DNA of 64,000 nt from an uncultured Clostridia bacterium (GTDB lineage: Bacteria; Bacillota; Clostridia; Oscillospirales; CAG-272), in assembly GCA_947627475.1 (NCBI GenBank), contig CANQWE010000003.1, positions 1,005 through 65,004 on the forward strand, written 5' to 3'. The notes below the pieces were generated by a model, which was not told the origin of the DNA, ran no database searches, and was given only the letters and a program-made list of their open reading frames with translations. A program made the translations under genes and the position numbers. How positions within the stretch are numbered: position 1 is the first letter of the stretch; every line of letters begins with the position of its first letter. Shown piece by piece: positions 1 to 8,754 of the stretch.

Positions 1-759
1 GCAGCACTGGCCGCTATCGCCATTTTGGGCGCGTCTTTTGCGTATTTTACAGATACCGATGGGGAGACCAATACCTTCACCTTTGGCGGTGTTGCCATCG
101 ACCTGATCGAAGAGCAGGTCAACCAGGACGGCACAGCCCTGGAACCCTTTGTGCAGAATCAGACCCTGATGCCTATCGTAGGTTCTGCGCAGGGCGAGAA
201 GGACAGTTTCGGTCAGCCTATTGCCGAGAACTACATAGACAAGATGGTTACCATTAAAAACACCGGCAAATCAGACGCTTGGGTCCGCGCGTATTTTGCA
301 ATTCCCTCTGCCCTGGACGATGGCTTTGATACCTTTAACGCCGGCATGAATATCCTGCACTTCAACTTTGGCAACCAGGATGGAAAGACCACCTATAACG
401 AGCAGTGGCTGTGGGGTTCTGAGGCGGAGTCTGAAAACAGCGGCTGGAACTACTTTGAAACCGAGATTGACGGCGTCGCTTATAACGTGTACTACGCCGA
501 TTACTTTGAGCCTCTGGCAGCCGACTCTACCACCGAGCAGTTTGTTTCCGGTGTTTACCTGGACAAGGATGTGGATAGGAACGAGGAGGGGCAGTACGTC
601 ATTCAGCGCAATGGTACTGAGACTGTCATTGAGGGATTCGATGGTTTGGCGAATTGCCCTGTTTTTGCTGTGGCCGTGCAGGCCGACGGCTTTGCGAGCG
701 CTGCTGATGCTGTTACCGCGGCCTTTGGCGAGGACTTTAATCCTTGGGCTGCTGAATAA
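1..759 (+). CDS. TasA/camelysin-like (peptidase M73 family) secreted protein, 5' end outside window
   Basis: Frame 1 is open from base 1. The ...AAIAILGASFAYFTDTDGE junction (hydrophobic stretch then A-x-F-T-D) is the SipW-type signal-peptide boundary shared by the paralogs here. The track ORF 25..759 is in the same frame. Confidence 0.7.
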   Translation, partial: AALAAIAILGASFAYFTDTDGETNTFTFGGVAIDLIEEQVNQDGTALEPFVQNQTLMPIVGSAQGEKDSFGQPIAENYIDKMVTIKNTGKSDAWVRAYFAIPSALDDGFDTFNAGMNILHFNFGNQDGKTTYNEQWLWGSEAESENSGWNYFETEIDGVAYNVYYADYFEPLAADSTTEQFVSGVYLDKDVDRNEEGQYVIQRNGTETVIEGFDGLANCPVFAVAVQADGFASAADAVTAAFGEDFNPWAAE

Positions 760-827
760 GGTCGGGGATAGGAAAGCAATAAACCTATGACTGCGCGGTT
801 CCCCCGTGCCCAAAACGGGGGGCCGTA

Positions 828-880
828 CGAGAATATATCCGGTTGCAGGGCGTAGTCGGATATATTCTCGTATGGTTTGT
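828..880 (+). terminator. Terminator-like 14-bp perfect hairpin
   Basis: CGAGAATATATCCG (828..841) pairs with CGGATATATTCTCG (857..870), followed by TATGGTTTG. The T-tract is weak. Confidence 0.4.
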
Positions 881-954
881 AAGAATCAGAGCATAGAGCC
901 TGCACGTCTCTCAGGGAGAAGGATGCAGATAAAACCGGAAAGGAGCAGGAAAAA

Positions 955-1509
955 ATGAAGCAAAAATGTTTCGTTTTGTCGGTACTGACGATTTGCATAA
1001 GCCTCATTGCCTCCACAACGCTTTCGTATTTCAATGCCGACGACACGGCACGCAATGTAATCACGACGGGCGGAGTGGAGATTTCCCTTTGGGAATGGGC
1101 GGATACGGCAGGGACAATCCCCTTTGAAAGTCCCACGGACGTTATGCCAGGGGCGTCGGTCACAAAAATCGTCCAGGTGGAGAATACTGGCGGGAACGCG
1201 GCATGGATCCGTGTCTCTATCACAAAGAATATTACAGGCGCGGACGAGGACATCCTGGATCCGGAACTGGTGGAGCTGAACTTGAACACGTCCTACTGGA
1301 CACTAGAGGAGGACGGGTACCTATACTATCATGCTTCCCTGGAGCCGGGGGAGGTAACAGAACCGGTATTCACAACCGTCCATTTTGATCCGGCTATGGA
1401 CAACGCATATAAAAATGCCACCGCAACGGTGGAGGTAGCGGCACAGGCGGTTCAGACAGACAACAACGGCGTCTGTGCTTTGGATGCGCAGGGCTGGCCG
1501 CAGGCGTAA
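955..1509 (+). CDS. TasA/camelysin-like secreted protein with SipW-type signal peptide
   Basis: RBS GGAAAGGAGCAGG lies upstream. N-terminus is MKQK..LTICISLIASTTLSYFNADD, and a PGASVTKIVQVENTGGNAAWIRV motif resembles the TasA-family PGD..N.G motif. Confidence 0.8.
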   Translation: MKQKCFVLSVLTICISLIASTTLSYFNADDTARNVITTGGVEISLWEWADTAGTIPFESPTDVMPGASVTKIVQVENTGGNAAWIRVSITKNITGADEDILDPELVELNLNTSYWTLEEDGYLYYHASLEPGEVTEPVFTTVHFDPAMDNAYKNATATVEVAAQAVQTDNNGVCALDAQGWPQA

Positions 1510-1520
1510 GGGGGTAGAAG

Positions 1521-4500
1521 ATGGTTCTAAATAATAATGAAAGAAAAAAAGGGAGCATCTGTATGCGGCTTTACCGGGGCGCAGCACTTCTTGTGTGTTT
1601 GGTAATGCTTTTTTCGTCGTTTCATTTTGGCTGGATTCCAAGCCTTGCCGCGGCAGAGGACACAGCTTCCGTCACGGTAAACTACGTCTATGCCTCGAAC
1701 CAGAGCATGGTAGCGCAGCCATACCGGGCACAGGTGGCAATCGGCGCGCCCTTTAAAAAAACAGTGGAAATTCCAAAGCTGTTCAACTATTCTGTCCCGG
1801 CAGACCAAGCCCAGGGGCTGGGGGAGGAAATCACACTAAGCACCGGGGAAGACTATACCCTTACCTTTGACCTTGCCAGTGTAACGCAGGACGTAACGGT
1901 GACGCTCTATTATGTGGCGGGTCAGGCAAAGTACACGGTGTATCATTATTATCAAAATTTGGAAGATGACGATTACACCGATGAGGAGCCGACTGTCGTT
2001 TCGCTTGTAGGCGATATCGACGCCTACACAGAAGCTGTAGCAAATAACAGGCCCGGCTTTCACTGTAAGGGAGTGCCGCAGACAACCATCGCCGCAGACG
2101 GCACCACAACCGTGGAAATCTACTATGACCGGGATTATTATACCGTTACCTTTGACGTAAACGGCGGTATCGACGGACCTGAACCGATTTATGCGAAGTA
2201 CGGCACCACTTTTCAGGCAGGGGATATCCATGAGCCGAGACGTGCGGGATATATCTTTCTTGGCTGGGAGCCGACCCTGTCGGATACCGTGACAATAGAA
2301 AGCAATATCACGTACAAGGCGGTCTGGCAGCCGGAAAGGGGGCAGTCGGACTACACCATCGTAATATGGGGGCAGAATGCCAACGACGACGAATATTCCT
2401 ACATAAACTCCTATGAGGCGTGGGGCAATGTAGGCGGGGAGGTCTCATGGAACGAGAACACGCTGATCAGCCATGTACATACATCCGACTGTTATACAGG
2501 CTGCGATCAGGAAGAGCATACGCACAGTGCAGCGTGCCTTACATGCGGCAAGGAAGCCCATGTTCACACAGCCGATTGCTGCACATTAGAAGAGCATACC
2601 CACACAGGTGCATGCTATCCGGGAGGGACTTCTACTACTACTACTACTTTGTACTTTACTGATAGAAACCCAGAGAATGGTCAGATTTATTACAGCTATA
2701 TATACCAACAAAAATATTTGTATCATGACGGGGAGTGGTATCAGTACACGGGCAATTTGTCAGCTGACGAAATTGCCGAAATGGACTGCACAAAACGCAC
2801 GCATACACATGGCAGCGACTGCAATCATGCGGGGTGCGGCAAGGAAGCGCATACCCATGAAGCAGGTTGCTACGGCTGCGGGAAGGAAGAACACACCCAC
2901 AGCAGTGCCTGTAGCGGGCTGAACTGCGGCCTTTCCGATACGCCCCAAAAATATATGAGCGCTCTGCATCCGGGGACGGCGTTGTGGACCTACGAAAAAA
3001 GCGACACGGTAACGGTCAATGCAGACGGGTCTACTGTGCTGAATGTATACTTCACGCGGCGGGAATTTACGCTGACCTTTCAGTACGGGAGAAATAACAG
3101 TACAAGCGAAGCTATTACAGCCCGCTGGGGCGCGGATATTGCGGAAAGCTATAAAGCCGTTACAGAGCGGGCAGGCAGCAGTTTCTGGAGCAGAAATCAA
3201 TACAGTGGTCCCTATACAAACTACATCGGCGTTATGCCCCAGGAAAGCATTATCTATTATAATCATACCCCGGACGGCAGCAAGACCAACACAATGACCT
3301 ACTATGCCCAGGATCTGAACGGCAATTACCAGGAAATCTTTCGATTGTCCTTTCAGGGAAGCGGGTATACGGTCACAGACGAGGACCGCTATGCTTTCGA
3401 AGGCTTCACGTATGATCACGGCACAAACAACGGTGCAGACTGCGATGGCGCGGCGTTCTATTACACGCGTAACGAATATATGCTGTCATTTTACTCTGCA
3501 AGCAACAGTGTCCCGGATTCGTCGCACAATGTAAAGTATCAGATGCCGCTGGGGGGGTACGACTACACGCCTACGGCGAAGCCGGAAACAGTGGAAAGCG
3601 ACGCGGTCTTTGCGGGCTGGTATCAGAACCCGGAATGTACCGGTGAACGCTATGATCTGTCCGCCCACGTTATGCCGTCCCACAACATCGCCCTTTATGC
3701 AAAATGGGTCAACGGACTTTATACTGTAACAACCTATACCGATGAGACAATGGAGCAGCTGTATACCTACGAAGGCTATAGCGGGATACAGAAAGATATT
3801 GAAAAATATACGCTTGCTGACGAACCCACAGCACCTGCCAGGGACGGTTATGTGTTTGTAGGCTGGTTCTACAGGGACGGGGATGCAGAAAAGCCTTTTT
3901 CCTTTACCATGCCCATCACAAAGGATTACAGCCTGTACCCGAAGTTTTCAGAGCCTACGTCGGTGACTTACACGGTACACTATTACAAGGCGGGAGGGAC
4001 GGAAAAGGTGGCGGATGACCGCACCAATTCGGTGATGATCGGAACCACGGTTACAGAAAAGGCAAAAATGGGAACAGAATTGAACCTGCTGCCCGAGGAT
4101 GAGCGGAGCAAATACTATCCTACCAATACCAGTACCAGTGTGATCATTCAAGGGGGAAGCCAGGAAATCATCTTTTACTATACGCCGGCAGTTTCCATGG
4201 AGTATACCGTGTACTATCAGGATGCGGGCGGCAACGATTTGACGGAGCCTGTGGTGAAAACAACCGAGTATTCTACCGTAATAGAGTATTATAAGCCGAT
4301 TGAAGGCTATACGCCCCGTCAGTACAGCATCACGCAGGATCTTGCATCAGAGGCGGATAAAAACAAAATCGTTTTTATCTATGATATGGCGCGTACAACA
4401 CTGACGATAGAAAAATCGGGCGCGCAGGAAATCGACGAAAAGCAGACCTTTCTGTTTCAGGTTAAGGGTACCGATGAAAACACCAGGGATATTGATATCA

Positions 4501-4727
4501 CGGTAACGGTGCATGGCAATGGCAAAACTACGATCCAGGATCTGCCGGTGGGTCAGTACACCGTAACGGAAAAGACCGATTGGTCCTGGCGCTATACGCC
4601 AGAGGAAAGAGAGCAAAGTCTTAGGCTTTCCAGCGCGGAAACCGTTACCTTTGCAAACGAAAGAACCACGGACAAATGGTTAGACGGCAATGACTGGCGC
4701 GTCAACCATTTTGATACAGATCATTAA
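1521..4727 (+). CDS. Large secreted surface protein with Listeria-Bacteroides-type (InlB B-repeat-like) repeats, Cys/His-rich repeats and a C-terminal Ig-like stalk-type domain
   Basis: 1068-aa ORF with signal peptide LLVCLVMLFSSF..AAAED. Repeats GYIFLGWEP, FAGWYQNPECTG and GYVFVGWFY are present, plus two CxxCGKE.H.H blocks. An alternative start is at 1563, and both candidates have an RBS. No LPXTG motif. Confidence 0.8.
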   Translation: MVLNNNERKKGSICMRLYRGAALLVCLVMLFSSFHFGWIPSLAAAEDTASVTVNYVYASNQSMVAQPYRAQVAIGAPFKKTVEIPKLFNYSVPADQAQGLGEEITLSTGEDYTLTFDLASVTQDVTVTLYYVAGQAKYTVYHYYQNLEDDDYTDEEPTVVSLVGDIDAYTEAVANNRPGFHCKGVPQTTIAADGTTTVEIYYDRDYYTVTFDVNGGIDGPEPIYAKYGTTFQAGDIHEPRRAGYIFLGWEPTLSDTVTIESNITYKAVWQPERGQSDYTIVIWGQNANDDEYSYINSYEAWGNVGGEVSWNENTLISHVHTSDCYTGCDQEEHTHSAACLTCGKEAHVHTADCCTLEEHTHTGACYPGGTSTTTTTLYFTDRNPENGQIYYSYIYQQKYLYHDGEWYQYTGNLSADEIAEMDCTKRTHTHGSDCNHAGCGKEAHTHEAGCYGCGKEEHTHSSACSGLNCGLSDTPQKYMSALHPGTALWTYEKSDTVTVNADGSTVLNVYFTRREFTLTFQYGRNNSTSEAITARWGADIAESYKAVTERAGSSFWSRNQYSGPYTNYIGVMPQESIIYYNHTPDGSKTNTMTYYAQDLNGNYQEIFRLSFQGSGYTVTDEDRYAFEGFTYDHGTNNGADCDGAAFYYTRNEYMLSFYSASNSVPDSSHNVKYQMPLGGYDYTPTAKPETVESDAVFAGWYQNPECTGERYDLSAHVMPSHNIALYAKWVNGLYTVTTYTDETMEQLYTYEGYSGIQKDIEKYTLADEPTAPARDGYVFVGWFYRDGDAEKPFSFTMPITKDYSLYPKFSEPTSVTYTVHYYKAGGTEKVADDRTNSVMIGTTVTEKAKMGTELNLLPEDERSKYYPTNTSTSVIIQGGSQEIIFYYTPAVSMEYTVYYQDAGGNDLTEPVVKTTEYSTVIEYYKPIEGYTPRQYSITQDLASEADKNKIVFIYDMARTTLTIEKSGAQEIDEKQTFLFQVKGTDENTRDIDITVTVHGNGKTTIQDLPVGQYTVTEKTDWSWRYTPEEREQSLRLSSAETVTFANERTTDKWLDGNDWRVNHFDTDH

Positions 4728-4746
4728 AGAAGGGGGGAACAGTGCG

Positions 4747-5370
4747 ATGCATGGCAGTCATTACAAAAAACCTATACATACGCGTCAGCGCCTGACCTTA
4801 CTGTTTGTTTCCCTGCTTCTTGTGATCGGAGTGGGTATCGGTGCTACGTTTGCCTATATCCGGATGCAGACCCAGGAGGAACGCAACGTGTTCACACCGG
4901 GAAGGGTGGCCTGCGCGGTGGAGGAGACCTTTGACGGCAGTGAAAAAAAGGATGTTTCCATTAAAAATACCGGCAATACAGAGGCATATATCCGCGCGGC
5001 AGTCCATGTTACATGGATGCGGGACGATGAAAATCCTGACGCTGCCGACCAGACCGTAATGGCAAGCGTACCCCAGGAGGGGATCGACTATACCATCACC
5101 TATGCAGAAAACGCCGGCTGGCTCCGGATCGGCGACTATTGGTATTACCAAAGCCCGGTGGAGCCAGGCGACAGCACGGCTGTATTGGTTACTTCCTGCC
5201 GGCTGGCAGAGGGGGGAACCGTGCCCCAGGGGTATCATCTGTCTGTTGAAATTGTTTCTTCAGCCATACAGTCCCTCCCCAATACTGTCCCGGTGGAGAA
5301 ATGGAATGTGGAGATTGCTGACGGACAGATTATCGGCGCCGCTGTGGAAAGCGAGGTGACGGGAGAATGA
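4747..5370 (+). CDS. TasA/camelysin-like secreted protein with SipW-type signal peptide
   Basis: ATG at 4747 follows RBS AAGGGGGG. N-terminus is ..LLLVIGVGIGATFAYIRMQ, with a KDVSIKNTGNTEAYIRA motif. The track ORF starts earlier at 4690, overlapping the end of the upstream gene. Confidence 0.75.
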   Translation: MHGSHYKKPIHTRQRLTLLFVSLLLVIGVGIGATFAYIRMQTQEERNVFTPGRVACAVEETFDGSEKKDVSIKNTGNTEAYIRAAVHVTWMRDDENPDAADQTVMASVPQEGIDYTITYAENAGWLRIGDYWYYQSPVEPGDSTAVLVTSCRLAEGGTVPQGYHLSVEIVSSAIQSLPNTVPVEKWNVEIADGQIIGAAVESEVTGE

Positions 5371-6035
5371 AAGGGATTGGGAAAAGAAGTTTTTCCGTGC
5401 TGCTTGTATTTGCTCTGCTGCTGGCCTGTACCCAAGCCATTTTTGCCGGCGGCACGGTAACGTATCAGGGAGACGCGGAAAAATTTGTCTTTACGCCTGG
5501 AAGCGAGTATTCTCCCACAGATTTGTTTACAGACTTTAAAGGTGTCATGCCCGGCGACAGTATTACCCAAAGGGTGCAGATCAAAAATGCTGTTTCAAAT
5601 CATGTAAAGATCAAGCTGTACATGCGTGCTCTGGGCGCCGGGGAGGCGGGAGAAGATTTTCTCTCCAAGCTACGTTTGCAGGTAGTACAGGAGGGAGAGA
5701 CAGCGCTTTTTGACGCGCCTGCCAACCAAACCGCACAGCTGGATGATTGGGTGTACCTGGGCACGTTTTACTCCGGCGCGCAGGTGGATTTACAGGTGAC
5801 GCTGGACGTGCCCATAGAGCTTGACAACGCGTATCAGGAGGCCGTGGGATATATCGACTGGCAATTCAAGGCGGAAGAGTTCCCCGTAGAACCCAGTGAT
5901 CCGAAGGCGCCCCAAACGGGGGTCCCTTCCCAAATGGGACTGTGGTGTACGCTTGCGTGGATCAGCGGGGGCGCACTCGTCGTTCTTGGTGTACAACTTG
6001 GAAAAAGGAGATACAGGACCCACACAGAGGGATAA
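5367..6035 (+). CDS. PQTG-motif cell-wall-anchored protein with TasA-like core motif
   Basis: Sec-type signal peptide and a VMPGDSITQRVQIKN motif. The C-terminus KAPQTG + hydrophobic segment + KRRYR has sortase-substrate architecture. The start overlaps the upstream stop (ATGA). Confidence 0.75.
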   Translation: MKGIGKRSFSVLLVFALLLACTQAIFAGGTVTYQGDAEKFVFTPGSEYSPTDLFTDFKGVMPGDSITQRVQIKNAVSNHVKIKLYMRALGAGEAGEDFLSKLRLQVVQEGETALFDAPANQTAQLDDWVYLGTFYSGAQVDLQVTLDVPIELDNAYQEAVGYIDWQFKAEEFPVEPSDPKAPQTGVPSQMGLWCTLAWISGGALVVLGVQLGKRRYRTHTEG

Positions 6036-6042
6036 CAGGAGC

Positions 6043-6088
6043 GCGGCGGCAGTAAGCATTGTAAAAGTTTGCTGCCGCCGCTTCTGTT
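6043..6088 (+). terminator. Intrinsic terminator
   Basis: GCGGCGGCAG (6043..6052) pairs with CTGCCGCCGC (6072..6081), followed by TTCTGTT. Confidence 0.55.
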
Positions 6089-6153
6089 GAGGATACAAAA
6101 GGTACCCGTCAATAGCCGGGGAGAAAACAACAGCTTTTCTGAAGGAGTACATC

Positions 6154-6795
6154 TTGAAAGGGTTGGAAAGTCTCATAGGACAAAGATTTGATAAATTAGA
6201 GGTAGTAGAGCAAGCCGCGTCCACTGCAAGCGGGCAGCGCCGCTGGCTTTGTAAGTGTGATTGCGGAGGGAGCTGTATTGCAACCACCGGGAATTTGCAC
6301 AGCGGACGAACGACAAATTGCGGATGCAGAAAGTCGCCGGATTTAACCGGAAGGATTTTCGGAAAGCTAACGGTTCTTGGTCGGTCCGATCAGCGAAATG
6401 CAAGGGGAAGCCGTACAACGCCTATGTGGGAATGCAGATGTACCTGCGGTGCTATTACATATAAGGCGACAGATACACTGAAAAATTCCGCAACGAGTAT
6501 GTGTAGTACATGCGCGGGAAAGTACGCGGCGGAGAGTGCAAGACGCGCGGCCGGATTTGTGGGAGGAACGCAGATTACCAAGATCAGGGATATGAAGCCT
6601 GCCGCGGCAAACACAAGCGGTGTTCGCGGTGTATATTACGAAAAGAAAAGCAATAAATGGAGAGCACGCCTGCGATTTAAAGGAAAAACAATGAGCTTTG
6701 GTTCCTATGCCCGATTTGAGGATGCCGTTTGTGCACGAAAGAATGCCGAAAAGGTATATTTTGGCGCCTTCCTGGAAGAAAACGGTTTAGAATGA
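6154..6795 (+). CDS. AP2-domain / Cys-rich repeat DNA-binding-type protein (phage-associated family)
   Basis: TTG start 6 nt after GAAGGAG. Two repeats follow G.(R/I)FGKL.V..(W.C.C.CG)...CGC, and the C-terminal RGVYYEKKSNKWRARLRFKGK..FGSY..EDA is AP2-like. Confidence 0.55.
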   Translation: MKGLESLIGQRFDKLEVVEQAASTASGQRRWLCKCDCGGSCIATTGNLHSGRTTNCGCRKSPDLTGRIFGKLTVLGRSDQRNARGSRTTPMWECRCTCGAITYKATDTLKNSATSMCSTCAGKYAAESARRAAGFVGGTQITKIRDMKPAAANTSGVRGVYYEKKSNKWRARLRFKGKTMSFGSYARFEDAVCARKNAEKVYFGAFLEENGLE

Positions 6796-6908
6796 AAAAC
6801 GGAATAAAGGAATAAAGGAGATAGGAGAGGGGAAGATACAGCTTTGCCATATCTGTGTCAGGGGACAAAAAAATCTGCCATAGAGCGGCTTAGTTTTTCC
6901 TATACTGC

Positions 6909-6937
6909 TTGCAAAACGGAAGCAAAAGGGGTATAAT
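6909..6937 (+). promoter_or_regulatory. Sigma-A-type promoter of the thi operon
   Basis: TTGCAA (6909..6914), a 17-nt spacer, then TATAAT (6932..6937). Confidence 0.55.
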
Positions 6938-6949
6938 AAAAACGACAAC

Positions 6950-7090
6950 TGCATATAGGGGAGCTTGTAAACAGGCTGAGAGGAAGGTGCGACCTTCGAC
7001 CCATGAACCTGATTTGGATAATGCCAACGGAGGGAAGCGAAGGAAGACACTGCGGGAAGCTGCCAATTGGGGGCTTCCCGTATTTTTTTT
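6950..7090 (+). promoter_or_regulatory. TPP (THI-box) riboswitch with terminator expression platform
   Basis: GGGGAGC..CTGAGAGG..ACCC..GAACCTGATTTGGATAATGCCAACGGAGGGAAG matches the THI element core. It is followed by the hairpin CGGGAAGC/GCTTCCCG and a T8 run (7082..7090). Confidence 0.88.
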
Positions 7091-7121
7091 GCAGAAGAAT
7101 TGCCTGCAAGGAGGTGTATAC

Positions 7122-7316
7122 ATGGTAAAAATTAACGGAACAGAAAAGGAGCTTGCCGGGATGACGCTTTCAGCATACCTGGCAACAACAGACTATGACC
7201 CCGGGCAGATCGCCGTAGAGCGAAACGGCGAGATCGTGCCAAAGGCCCGATACAGCCAGGTTGTTCTCCAGGAGGGAGACAACCTGGAAGTGGTCAGCTT
7301 TGTGGGGGGCGGCTGA
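7122..7316 (+). CDS. thiS: Sulfur carrier protein ThiS
   Basis: 64 aa, ending in ..VSFVGGG (C-terminal GG). RBS AAGGAGG lies upstream. The longer track ORF 6909..7316 covers the riboswitch. Confidence 0.9.
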   Translation: MVKINGTEKELAGMTLSAYLATTDYDPGQIAVERNGEIVPKARYSQVVLQEGDNLEVVSFVGGG

Positions 7317-7317
7317 C

Positions 7318-7953
7318 ATGATCCCTACGAAAAAGGAATGGATGGATGCCCTGGCACGGCGGCATGGGGCGGCGCTGCAGAAAAGGTTTTCCGCTGCCTC
7401 CGTTGCGGTCTGTGGTCTTGGGGGACTTGGGTCCAATATTGCCACGGCTCTGGCCCGTGCAGGCGTGGGGCGGCTGATTCTCGTCGACTTTGACAGAGTG
7501 GACCTCTCCAATCTGCACCGGCAGCAGTACAAAGCACAACAAATCGGCCGCCGTAAAACAGACGCGCTGGCAGAAAATCTCTTGGAAATCGCGCCCTATG
7601 CAAAAATCGACTCCATCCCGGCGCAGATCACAGAAGAAAACTGTGTACAGCTTTTAGCGGGTGCGGATGTGGTCTGCGAAGCCTTTGACGATGCCCGCGC
7701 AAAGGCCATGCTGACAAATCAGGTTCTCACGGCAATGCCGGATACATATTTGGTAGCGGCCTCCGGCATGGCGGGATTGGGTAGTGCAAACGCCATCCGG
7801 ACAAAAAAGATTACAAACCGTTTTTACCTCTGCGGGGACAGGGTCAGCGATGCGGAAGCGGTCGGAGGACTGCTTTCTTCCCGGGTCATGGTGTGCGCTG
7901 CCCACCAGGCCCACATGGTCCTGCGGATCCTGGCAGGGAAATATGAAGTTTAG
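7318..7953 (+). CDS. thiF: ThiF-type adenylyltransferase
   Basis: [37 protein letters not shown] is an E1-like nucleotide-binding motif. The ATG at 7318 directly follows the thiS stop. Confidence 0.85.
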   Translation: MIPTKKEWMDALARRHGAALQKRFSAASVAVCGLGGLGSNIATALARAGVGRLILVDFDRVDLSNLHRQQYKAQQIGRRKTDALAENLLEIAPYAKIDSIPAQITEENCVQLLAGADVVCEAFDDARAKAMLTNQVLTAMPDTYLVAASGMAGLGSANAIRTKKITNRFYLCGDRVSDAEAVGGLLSSRVMVCAAHQAHMVLRILAGKYEV

Positions 7954-7969
7954 GAAAGAAGGATTCTAT

Positions 7970-8743
7970 ATGATACAGGACGATAAACTGACCATCGGCG
8001 GACACGCGTTCGATTCCCGCTTTATACTGGGCTCCGGCAAATACTCCATGAAGCTCATCGAGGCTGCTGTAAAGGACGCAGGAGCCCAGATGATCACCCT
8101 GGCGGTGCGCCGCGCCAATACAAAGGAGCAGGAGAACATTTTGGACTATATACCCAAAGGGGTTACCCTGCTGCCCAATACCTCCGGCGCCCGGGACGCG
8201 GGGGAGGCGGTGCGCATTGCCCGTCTTGCCAGAGAGCTTGGCTGCGGGGACTTTGTCAAGGTGGAGATCATGCGGGATACCAAGTACCTGCTGCCGGACA
8301 ACCAGGAAACCATCCGGGCCACGGAGATTTTGGCAGGGGAGGGCTTTGTGGTCATGCCCTATATGTATCCCGATCTGAACGCCGCCCGGGATATGGTAAA
8401 TGCCGGTGCCGCGGCCATTATGCCTCTGGCTTCCCCGATCGGTTCCAACAAGGGACTTGCAACCCGGGAGTTTATCCAGATCCTTATCGATGAAATCGAT
8501 CTGCCTATCATCGTAGATGCCGGCATCGGCAGACCTTCCCAGGCCTGCGAGGCCATGGAAATGGGTGCCGCAGCCATTATGGCCAATACTGCTCTGGCAA
8601 CCGCGGGGGACCTGCCCATGATGGCAGCAGCTTTCCGGCAGGCCATCGAAGCAGGCCGCCGTGCATACCTCTCCGGCCTTGGCCGGGTGCTGACCCGGGG
8701 CGCCAGCGCTTCTGATCCCCTTACGGGATTTCTGCGGGACTGA
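7970..8743 (+). CDS. thiG: Thiazole synthase ThiG
   Basis: N-terminus [25 protein letters not shown] and the overall TIM-barrel ThiG pattern. The internal ATG at 7970 was chosen over the track start at 7784, which overlaps thiF. Confidence 0.9.
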   Translation: MIQDDKLTIGGHAFDSRFILGSGKYSMKLIEAAVKDAGAQMITLAVRRANTKEQENILDYIPKGVTLLPNTSGARDAGEAVRIARLARELGCGDFVKVEIMRDTKYLLPDNQETIRATEILAGEGFVVMPYMYPDLNAARDMVNAGAAAIMPLASPIGSNKGLATREFIQILIDEIDLPIIVDAGIGRPSQACEAMEMGAAAIMANTALATAGDLPMMAAAFRQAIEAGRRAYLSGLGRVLTRGASASDPLTGFLRD

Positions 8744-8754
8744 GAGGTGGGGAC

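Noticed and set aside
271-1289. Minus-strand ORFs of 180 and 228 aa overlapping the first TasA-like gene and the following intergenic region.
   Set aside because: They are antisense to a well-supported gene, have no RBS and have low-complexity translations. These are typical shadow ORFs.
2634-2648. (ACT)5 trinucleotide repeat encoding TTTTT inside the large adhesin gene.
   Set aside because: It is in-frame and only five units long. That is too short to argue for a contingency locus without population data.
6909-7121. N-terminal extension of the thiS ORF (135-aa track ORF).
   Set aside because: The extension covers the promoter, the TPP riboswitch and its terminator. The real thiS starts at 7122 after an AAGGAGG RBS.
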